This document shows positions 41,701-51,844 of a DNA stretch of 64,000 nucleotides, one piece after another. The stretch comes from Fimbriosthenelais zetlandica. Taxonomy: Eukaryota. Positions within the stretch are counted from its first letter, which is position 1. Each line of letters starts with the position of its first letter. The notes beneath the pieces are model-generated. The model made no database searches and was not told where the DNA came from. It was given only the letters and a program-made list of their open reading frames with translations. The position numbers and the translations under genes were made by a program. The DNA lies in assembly GCA_977030845.1 (NCBI GenBank), contig OZ365111.1, forward strand, positions 20,646,001 through 20,710,000. The letters run 5' to 3'.

Positions 41701-42410
41701 GGCTCCACAGACGGCTGTATGGAACAATATAGGTCTCAGGTTAATTATCAATGCTACCTATAATAGGCAACCATCAAAAGTATGATAATCAATGCTACAT
41801 TATATTCATCATCTAATCCATGGGTCCATTAGATTCAGCATTTTAACATTGCTTTCTTGAATTCAATCAATTTTGAGGAATGCTAAGAACCTGAGAGGGA
41901 ACATCATTTTCCTATACTACTGATTTGTATGTACAGTATAATATAGGCGTTCCGGAATACATTGCAACGCAAGATCAGATCCGGTTGGGGGTTGGGTGGG
42001 CGAGGGGCGCGTTAGGGATTCAGGCCCCCCATACCCCCTTTCAGACATGAAATTTGCGTCGCTCAAAAATGTTTTTGAACGAATGCCCTTTTACAAAATC
42101 CTCGGTTTGCAACTGTACAAAGATAGTGATCAGACTCCTTTATAACAACCAAGGTCCTCGTCTGCTGTTTGTCACTTTGTCCTGGTGGCCCTTAAATAAA
42201 GGGAATTTGATTTTTATAGACTAGCAGCAGTATCCCATACCCAGAGGGTAATTGTGTTGGACCTTATAATAGGGCAGTAAAAGACTGCTCCTGTCAAAGC
42301 CCTCGTCGCTATATAGGGGCGCACATGAACTTTTACGATCTCACCGACCAGTGGATGAGAGTTTTGGACTGAGAGGTGGTTGTTTTCTCCTATAGATACA
42401 CACAACTTAC

Positions 42411-42511
42411 CGGATGCAGGTCCTTTTTGTTGGTCATCTTGCCGTTAGTATGCCCAGCGTAAATCCCTCCTCGGCATTGCTTCCACCGCGCCCCGAACGG
42501 ACCGTACAATC
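42411..42511 (-). other. Candidate alternative RyR exon; ATG at 42437 encodes MTNKKDLHP in phase with exon 2
   Basis: Acceptor cttcattcag| and donor CCG|GTAAGT, in a locally CpG-rich patch. The start context caagATG is identical to that of exon 1. Confidence 0.35.
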
Positions 42512-44091
42512 CTGAATGAAGCGGTAAGACTAAAGCACTCCGAGCGTAGCGGAGGAAAGTGAAGATGTATCCATTCCCAATGGCTACAGTCCAATACCTT
42601 CAGCTGGCACTGCAGACTGAGTCATGCTTTTATCACCTATGTATCCTCTCACTAGTGGTAGCCTATAGGAGGGTGAAATCAATCGGCAATGCTGGTCAAT
42701 ATATAAAAGAATCACAATGACTAGGCTGGGGGAGTTGTAGTACTAGTAGTTGGAGTGTCAGATGTAGTGCTAGTTGTAGAAGGACAGGGAAGAGAGGAAT
42801 TGAGGGTAGAAGGGTGGCTGAACCAAGCAGCACACCTTGAATTGCCGCCCTTGGCACCAGGCACTGCATGGGCCCTTTCTGCTGTCGCATCTGGAGCAGC
42901 AATAGAACTACTAGAGGGAGTGGAAGCGATGGAAGTGGGGTGGTGGTTGGCACCAAAGCAAGCCAACAAGAGAGAGGGAGAGAGCTCTCGTTCACAAAGT
43001 CCCCCATCCAGTCAGTGTGGCAGTGCATCCTCGCAGCACTGCCAGAATCCAGCAACAACCCCCTGGTGCCAATGGCCTTCTTCTAATTTACCTGCAATGT
43101 GTGTCGATAGTTGTACACTTTATAATACAAGATACCATACATCCATCTCAAAGGTGCGACTCGCTGAACTTCATGGGAGGGTGTACGTTTTAATCAAGTT
43201 CAGATTATTGTTGGTAGGGTCAAATGAATTCGATAATATCTAAGTGTTGCATCTAGCATCAATGAACCTCCATCAACACACGTACCTGGATGATATACCT
43301 GCTGCATATCAATATTATATACTGGGAGGTTGGTGGTGGCGGTGGTGGTGGTGGGTGCTTGGGTACTATAGGGTATACGTTCAGAAGGACAAGGGCATTG
43401 TTCCAATTACACTGATATCTCTCCTGATTATAGGTAAGTGAAGCCGTAATGGAAAACCTCCCAGCTACAGAGAAAGCTGTCTCAAGTCAGTAACCCTTTG
43501 GGAGATAATCGTTCACGACAGGCTAAGGGATAATAGGAGAGGCTTACACTGTATGGTTATTCCCAAAGGAAGGCCATCTTTTTGTATGTCACCTCAATGA
43601 GGCTCAAGGGTAAAACTAGAAGTCCCCTGGAATGCTGAAGCCTATACATGCTTTTGCCCAAGCCATTAAAGTGTATTTAACTGCTTACAAAACACAAAGA
43701 ATCCGTTTGATGGTGAAGTGGGTAAGGTAATGGGAACCGGCGGTTCGGCAAACATAGAAGTTTCTCGAAGTCTTAATATATCTAGACCCACTATGTTAAA
43801 TGTAATTCCTTTGACCAAAGAGAAGTTGGTAGAAACCTGTAGCCTACGGGTTCTCTTCATGGTCGGAATAATGACCTTCTCGAAGCCTTCCTCTTCATAC
43901 AAATATGTAATTGAATTTTCATGATGCAAGATCATTAAATACAATCCCGAAGGTGCAAAGGATTGCGGATGCCCACCTGATCATTCTCAGGAGAGAAACA
44001 CAAGGGTAAATGATTATCACATATCAATGAAAGACGATTGATTGAAGGTCAAGCAGGGACTGCATGGTCTCGAAACAAAATGGAGTGCCAG

Positions 44092-44099
44092 CGAGAGAT

Positions 44100-44152
<53 letters not shown>
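44092..44152. repeat. (GA)n microsatellite
   Basis: Uninterrupted run of more than 20 GA units. Confidence 0.95.
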
Positions 44153-44155
<3 letters not shown>

Positions 44156-46754
44156 GGGCAGCGAGAGTGAGAGAACATAATAGATCGAGGAGAGGGAAAG
44201 ATGAGGAGCAAGCAAGAAAGCAGCAGAAATATGAGGGAATGAAATGCAAAGAATGGCCACGACATGTGGTCCAGGTGAACATTCAAACATTGAATAGAAA
44301 AAATATTTTCAGATAATCAAATTGTTTTCAGTCTTCTAGACTGCCGTCCATCAATTAGTCCAGCACATTTTACCATCAGCCATCACATCGAGCAACGAGG
44401 GGAACTTAAGTCCCCGGGCGGGGAAGGCTTCCTCCACTGCTCCAGTGGGATAATACATTCTTATTAACCAGTCTTAAACGAATTCAGTTGATGGATCGTG
44501 AGCAGAGTTTGTGGTCAACAGACAGAGATGAGAATAAAAACATAAGTCTGAGAAAACTAGGCTCACTGCTCGCGGCAACATAATATTGTCATAATCTGTT
44601 AGCTCATTGATAGGTCTTTGGAGAATGTTCTTTTAATTTGCACTTGAAACTGTGCTCTGCCTGTGCAGCAACAGCAGCTCCCCTTTAAAATTGCAATACG
44701 GATCCGTTTTTTATGTTGAAGAAAACTCATTAGAAAGTGATGCAGAGAAAAGAAAAGGAGAAGTATTTCTCCGAAGTGCCCGCTGCTTCAGTGGGGCCCT
44801 GCCCACAATCAAGAACACAGGAAAAACCTATTCCTGTCAGTAACAGAATTGCACAGAGGCAATAGTATGCCCCGTCATAAACACAATCTAGAGTTAGAGA
44901 GGAGTCGGTCTAGAGCAATGGAATGGGTAGAGCAGCCAGGGGCCAGCCTCCTGCTATACACTGTGAGAAACCTCCAATGTCAATGTACTATGAAAAGCAG
45001 CAATCTTGACATCCAATCCTATTGTTCACTACGCTTGTTCTGCTGCTGTGATGATTATTTGCGTTTATATATTTTTTAGAGTGAATGAGTGAACATTTTG
45101 TTCAGCAGATTTTCAGCTATCAGAAGGAAACACGCTGTGTGTGACAATGGCCTGTTCTTCTCGAACAGCAGCAATGGTTCTTTCACATGCATGCCTCACC
45201 CTATAAAGACAGTGGGAGACATGGCTGGCATTTGATAGTTCACTTGGCAGCTCTATGTGGAGAAGGACAATGGCAAACTGGGAGAACTGATAGGTAGATA
45301 CAACCATTTTTAACAGTGGATTACAGCATATTGTCAGCCCACTGTGAGGTGATAGGACATGCCAGCAGCCCACCCAATCAGCTCACCAATAGTGTCACAT
45401 GGAAACAGCAGGTGGCGATGGATTGGTTTGGCTTTGGGCAAGGATGGAAGAGGCAAAGGAGTTGAACATTGTACGGCATACATTTGTTGACCCAAGATCG
45501 AAATAGTTCATATGGGTAAAAGCTTTCATATGCTCTCTGAGGTTATATATACTGGGATATCAAGATGGACTTGGGACAAAGTGTGGGAAATCAAAAGGGG
45601 ACTTGTGACAGAAAGTGCAAAATCAAAAGGAGACAGATAAAAATCACACCCAGGTTTATGTATATAACTACATTATTGTACATAACATTGAGCTGCTGCA
45701 CCTAAGTGCACCAAATCACTGTTAATAGACCAAACTGATAGGTTAACTGCAGTCATTCGTCATATTCTGCTGACGTCAAATCAATACATTACAATACTCT
45801 CAGGGCGGCCTCACATTGGAGCCAGGAGATGAGATCTTTGTCTGTCGAGACTAACAGCTGTATCCTATTGTAAAGATGGCGTGTAAAACGATATAATATA
45901 AGTCCCATCCCAGAGGATGAGCAATGCCTTGTACCGCATACCAGCAGAGAGGGACTAAAGATAACAAGTCTAGATTATACTTGTCTTGAATAAATCATTT
46001 CATCGCAGGCGCTGAGCATATCCTTCCTTTAAAAGCCGTAAAAAGAATGGCTTTATGAAAGCACCCCTGACAACAATATCAGCCAGACCTAACGGCATCC
46101 CATTTCAGTGAGATAGAGCCCTTGTTCCCCACTTGCGAGGCGAGCGAATCAAGCTATGAATAATTCACATTGCACATTATACTAATAGGCATATGTTTTT
46201 TGAAAAGAGTGGGGATGAGAATTCGGGGGATCAAATAAGAAACATGGAGAACAAAGGGAATAGAGGTGTGTGGGGGAGAAGACAACAATAATAGGTTGTG
46301 TTTTTCAGACGAATGCTGTCCAGAATGAAATTTGCATACAAAGCTGCTTGGAGAATTCACCATCATTGATTGAAATGCAGGCTGCAGTGATGATAAGGCA
46401 ATTCAGACGAGGGTCAGCGGGGAAGGAGGCGCGAGCCGGGACTGTCACCCTCAAGCAAGCTCCAATTGCTCACGTGATGAGATAAAGAGCATCTAATCCA
46501 ATCAGAATCGACCTTTTTTCTGTTTCCGGTAAATATCTGTAAGTGTGGAAGACATGTCGGCAATAAGCTAAATCCTATCTTAGGGGATAATCCATGTAGA
46601 AGGAGAAACAAGATTACCATCAATTACATGAAGAGATTCACCACCCATATACATGCATGTATGTAGGCCTATGTCCTATGTTTCGGACATCTGCAGTTGG
46701 CACTAAACGCATTGCACTTCAGCGATTGTTTGCTAACTCGAAAAGAAACATCCA

Positions 46755-47250
46755 TTGGACACAGTTTGCTGGCGGTTCAACAGGGGAGAAGTCTTTGCCC
46801 TTTGTGGACGGGTTTTAAAAACCAATAGCCTTTTTTCTTCATTCAATTTAAGAAATTCAGGAAAACTGGATCCCACAAGGGACACACGTTTTACAGCTGC
46901 AGAAGCCTTTGTGATTGAGTTTCAAGAAGCAAAAGCCATTTTGATTCTCCACATGGATTTCTTTCTAAAAAAAACTCTGGAATATTCCGGTAAAAGACAT
47001 CCTAATGGGAACATATCAATCCCCAATGACCTGTATAATATTATATATTATCATGACCTCATCTCAAACCTATAGCTCAGCCCTGGAACTATAATGCTGG
47101 AGTAATTGATGCCCAAGGTATCGACTCGGTTGCAGAAACAAAAGAATTTGAAAGAGGCACAGACAGGCAGGGTTGACCGTGTGTCCATTCATCTCCCATC
47201 CATTGACAATCTGGACGGGCTCAGAGATGGAAATAGAGTAGAGAGAGATG
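46755..47250 (+). mobile_element. Decayed DIRS/Ngaro-like (tyrosine-recombinase) retrotransposon fragment, end of ORF1 and start of RT
   Basis: Motifs in the expected order: VCWRFNRG (ORF1 CxxFNxG-type), LEYSGKR (cf. GFxLxYxGPR) and, after stops, KEAQTGRV (cf. KEVxxGRxAGPF). Recognised by eye only. Confidence 0.45.
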
Positions 47251-47446
47251 AAGAATGCTAATTGAGAACTTGACACCCTATTATTGACAAGATATTCTAT
47301 CAAAATGATGGACTGATGGTATAGATCCATGGTAGAATATAATACGGTATAATATACCATTTACATAAACCTACAGCAAGTAGGTCTTTGAATAATACCC
47401 ATTAGGCAATATAAGTGAGATTATTAATTATTGTATACCTGCATGC

Positions 47447-47577
47447 GGCCCTTTTTCAACGTAAAAAATTCCCATAGTCATTCCTAAACCCTGTATTGAA
47501 ACGGGCTCCCTGGGCCTGTTTTCAAAGGGAATTTTAATTAGCAATGCTATGGCTAATATTCGTTTTGAAACGGGCCC
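47447..47577. mobile_element. Two adjacent ~60-66-bp inverted-repeat mini-elements
   Basis: ggccctttttcaa...ttgaaacgggct (47447-47507) and gggcctgttttcaaa...ttttgaaacgggccc (47512-47577). Confidence 0.55.
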
Positions 47578-48526
47578 ACAGAAGCCTATTCATATTACAT
47601 AATGTTATGATGATAATCATAATACTCATGCTGATTGATTGACTGTTAATGATGGATTGATTATGATCGATCTATTCATTAATGTGTTATGCAACGACAC
47701 GTTGTCGAAGGATGAAATGCAGTGAGAAATCCAATATATTACATGAATAACTATGTAGGTTCATATAATAGATTCATTCAAGCATGTAGATAATAATACC
47801 CAAAATCTGAAAATTCCACAAAATCGTATCTTTTGATGTCTGAATACTTATAAAAATCGTCAGAAACAATCTGGGGAGAGAGAGAGAGAGAGGGTGAGTG
47901 AGAGAGAGACGTAAAACTATTTTCCTCCCAAAATACCAATGAATGCCAGTAAAGTGGGGATCGAAATACTACATAGCAAATCGATATAAGACTTTGATGA
48001 TATGGCCTTCCACAAGCGACACGCAAGCTGGGGTTACTGCCAGTCTTTCATCAAAGTGAACAGCCACAAATCTCCAATCTTCCGAGAGTTATATCACGCA
48101 CCATTTTACTACATATTTTCTATGCCATAAAAATGATTTTTTTAATAGAATGCTTGTATAATCATGATGTAGACTGAGGTGGATGTTATCCAAAATTCAG
48201 AGTGATTTTGCAACAGTGTTACATTCCAAAAATTATTTTAAACAGAGCTGTTGAAAGCTGTAAGAAACCGAGATAAATGTATGGTGGAAATGTGAAACAG
48301 CACAAGCGCGACGTCTAGAGTCACGGCCTGAAATTAGGCTGGTATTTCATGAATTGCAGCTGTCTGCAAAAGTCACAGAAACATTCAGTCTGGATCCCAA
48401 AATATTAGCCCTCACTAATTAGGCCTTATAAGAAGTATGTATATATGCAGAAATTAACAATGTTTTATGAAATTTGTACCATGCTATAAGACTCACCTTC
48501 GAATAAGTAGATCACTGACAAAAGAG

Positions 48527-48562
48527 ACTTACCTGTAAAAATAAAATAAAAGAACATATTAG
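48527..48562 (-). promoter_or_regulatory. Recursive splice site (ratchet point) RS1: full 3' splice site directly abutting a 5' splice site, junction 48533/48532
   Basis: Sense strand: tttCTAATatgttcttttattttatttttaCAG|GTAAGTctc. It has a CTAAT branch motif (A at 48559), an AG-free U-rich tract and a consensus donor. Confidence 0.75.
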
Positions 48563-49984
48563 AAATTGTAACGGAAACAAAGCAATGAGTACTAGAACTT
48601 TTCTTCAAATTCCAAAATATATAGTAACTAAAAATCATTTGCTTTATAGAAAACCTATGTACCGTTTGCCCTACAATACATCATATTTACTAATGTAATA
48701 TCTCTATAGAGACCAAGATTTGTACAGTTAAGAGGAAATAGTATGAAGACGGGTATATTTAGAAACCACAATATCTAAACAAAAGCTTAAACATCCTGGA
48801 AAGGGAGTACTGGCCTCAAATATATAGGCCAGACCTGGCCCAGCCCCCACAAATGGCTGAATAGGTATGAAAAACTTTATAAAGTTAAATTTCAAACTGC
48901 AGACACAACAGATTCTGACTAGCATATAAGCCTACATATTATTATATTTAGCAAATAAATTTAATAAATTATTTCCATCCTCATTTTCTACCTCAATTTT
49001 TGTATGTTTTAGATCTTCATTACGAGTAATAGAGATGCATAGATAGCAAGTCTAAAGAAGTACCATAGATATGCAAGTCAGGGGGGAAGGGATAATCCAA
49101 AGCTGAGAAAGGTGAGTGTTTTTCCCTTGAGGAGACTACACTCACTGCATGTCAACAGAATGCGGCATAGAGTCTTTGTCAACAGAGCTAAACTTCTGTC
49201 TGTGTATATGCTGTCGGTGAGTGTATATGACATGTAACCATTTCTATGTTATGTATCATAATTCACCTCCTTTTTGACCGGGTTCCTCTACCCCAGGGCT
49301 AAATTATATACACACGTACACGCGTTCACGCTCGAGTTTAGTTTTTTAACATTCGCATCATAAGGTTCACTAATTGCAACCTTTCCAAGAGTATGGCATT
49401 TTTCTGAATAGGTGGCATATATAATACATGTAATAGGTTAAGTCAAGATATTTACTTGTTGAAGCTACATATTTACCCCATCTGATATATTACATGTAGG
49501 TCTATGTCAACTATAGGAAACGGACACCCATATTTACCCAAAATGTACCCCTAAATATAGCCAAACGCATTTTGTAAAATTATCTTAAATTTTCATCAAA
49601 TATTACATTTTTAAACACTACCCAAATGATACATAATTTATATTTCCATATTTTCTTTCGTGGAAATTATATTTCCATAGTTTCTTTCGTGAGATTTATT
49701 TAGCTCTTTTCAAGGGTTGGACACTACTTAAATATACTTGTATATGTATTAAATGATGATTTTTTCATGTATGTACTCTCTTCAGGTAGGCCTATAGAAC
49801 ATGATGGGAGGATGTTTACTTGTTTGTAGACAGTCTAGGTTATATGAAGTACTCAGTGACTGCTTCTAAAGGTCAAACTGTATCCAGAACATTCAGTATA
49901 CCTCCCCGGTGAAGAAAAACACACAAACCCCCACAGTTAGGTGACTAAAGCTATACAAAGAAACCAAACATCCCAAACCAAAAT

Positions 49985-50470
49985 CCTCTCAACTAATTGT
50001 TTCTTGCAAAACAAAGCAAACTTCTGATGTCCTGCACCTTTAAAATCCTGCGGTCACAACTAATTGTGTCTTGATAAAGGAAAGGGATTCCTAAAGGCAA
50101 CTTTGGGATTTGAGCATTTGAGTCATTAATAGATCGCTAAATTCGTCCATAATCGACATTTCAGTCAGAAATGCGGACATAATATGAAATGGATTTAGAA
50201 GTGCAACTTTCAGATCAATCAGCAATTCGCCGTTTAGGTCATTAATAGATCACTAAATAAGTCATTAATGGGAATTGCGGTCAGAACTAATTGTATCTTG
50301 CAACAGCACAACAATTTCAAACTGCACCTTTCACAATTTGGTTAGTTAATAGTGATCACTCCGAAGGAGTAACAATTTCTAACCGCACCTTTCCGATATA
50401 TCACCAATGCAGTCATTAATATACTGTAAACATGGTCATTAATGGATAATGAGATCCATTAATGAATGCA
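49985..50470. repeat. Degenerate composite repeat region
   Basis: GTCATTAAT x5, AACTAATTGT x3, GCACCTTT x3 and GTCATTAATAGATC x2. Confidence 0.65.
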
Positions 50471-50629
50471 TTATCGAGCATAATCTATTCCAGGCTAATA
50501 ATGTAATTAATGTAATTAGATGGATAAATATAAAGGCAAGTATTTTATTATAGACTATAGCAGATATATTGAGTGAACATACACAACTATTCATAGCCAT
50601 TTAAAAGTCATCAAGGTAGGGGAGGGAAA

Positions 50630-50640
50630 GAGCGACAGCG

Positions 50641-50695
<55 letters not shown>

Positions 50696-50765
50696 AGAAT
50701 ATGGAGAAAGCATGAGAAAGAGCAAGAGGGAATGCCAGGGGAAAGAGTGAGAGAAAGAGAGAGAA
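50630..50765. repeat. (GA)n microsatellite and GA-rich flank
   Basis: Visible directly in the sequence. Confidence 0.95.
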
Positions 50766-50921
50766 TCAAGATGAGGTCTCCCCGTGCCCATACTCCTAGC
50801 AATCATGAGCAGCTCAGGTAGGTCTATACATCTTCTCATCAATCCACTAGAGGGGGCAACAGGCAAGAGGGGTGGTGGCCGACTCCCGAAATAGGGCACA
50901 CAGACGAGTGGCTCCCTGAGT

Positions 50922-51123
50922 GTCTCCCTAGCAACGGGTTGCCCCCTCGATCTCCCCAGCTTGCTGAGAGTGGAGAGAGAGAGAGAAAAGAGAGGGGACA
51001 GGAAGGAGGAGTGAGTAAGCAAGAGTGTGTGCAGGAATTTTGGGGTGTGCCAGGAAACCTGATAGGTCCATGTGCTTCTCTTGCCTTGGCTGGAGCCTAG
51101 AATTTCCTGGATGCCGTGGCAAC
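50922..51123. promoter_or_regulatory. Two X-box-like sites in a GC/CpG-rich patch
   Basis: GTCTCCCTAGCAAC (50922-50935) and GATGCCGTGGCAAC (51110-51123). Confidence 0.45.
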
Positions 51124-51830
51124 GGTGTTTAAAATAAACCGGCGAGTGAGTCCTGGCTATTGGCCCGAGGTCTCTCACTCTCTAGCTCCCCTCGCTCTCG
51201 TGCTTGTTTTCCAGACGCGTGTTACGAAAATGAGAACGCCTAGAAGTTTGTTTAGGTCACCGTCTTATTTTTGCTATTTGGGCGAAAGTGCATAAATCTG
51301 GGAAGTTTAAATGTATAAATACGAAATCTATAAAAATGTATTATCCCGTACTTGTTCAGAAGGATTTGAATGTATTTATAAATGCAATTAACAGAAAGTA
51401 GCCAATGGCCAGACCCCAGACTACAAATCTCAGGGAAAACAAGGTAAAAAACTCAATCAAATAAATGACCAATGATGTGAAGTAGCAAAATACCATTAGA
51501 TTTAGAGCTCCCAGTCGAAGAGCTCCACGTAGCGTTCGGACCATGAGTAAGCAAGCAACAGAGCAGGCCAGACAAAACTATGAACTAAGAAGTCTATATA
51601 TTTCCTAGACTCATGACAAGATGAACTCTTCTCCCTCCCCAGCCGGCCATCAACATTTGGCCATGTTTCTATACGATCGAGAAAGTGGCGACTCAAAACA
51701 AAATTTAATGAACAGTTTTACAACGTTCCAGACCAGAATTTATTGCTGTCCAAATGGGATAAAAAGTTATATATGTAAGTGCGAATGTACCATGACATGG
51801 GCATTTTGGAGAGGAGAGAGTTAGAGTGTG

Positions 51831-51844
51831 GTTGCCATGGCAAC
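51831..51844. promoter_or_regulatory. Perfect palindromic RFX X-box
   Basis: GTTGCCATGGCAAC, an exact match to the RFX consensus. Confidence 0.6.

Noticed and set aside
43086-43094. Weaker AG|GT juxtapositions (CAG|GTAAAT at 43092 and about 40601; CAG|GTGTCT at about 17958)
   Set aside because: They lack either a pyrimidine tract and branch motif or a consensus donor, unlike RS1 and RS2.
42696-43243. Three overlapping ORFs (120, 82 and 162 aa)
   Set aside because: Low-complexity S/T/P-rich sequence. Only a faint WMGDFVN similarity to retroelement ORF1, not enough for a call.
49770-49792. Plus-strand ctctcttcag|gtaggc
   Set aside because: Antisense to the only gene found, with a short tract and a non-consensus donor overlapping the ubiquitous taggccta motif.
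50591-51178. Longest ORF in the track (195 aa, minus strand)
   Set aside because: It runs through (CT)n microsatellites giving SLSL runs and shows no recognisable domain or splice context. The same applies to 33536..33934, 44017..44316 and 39372..39618.
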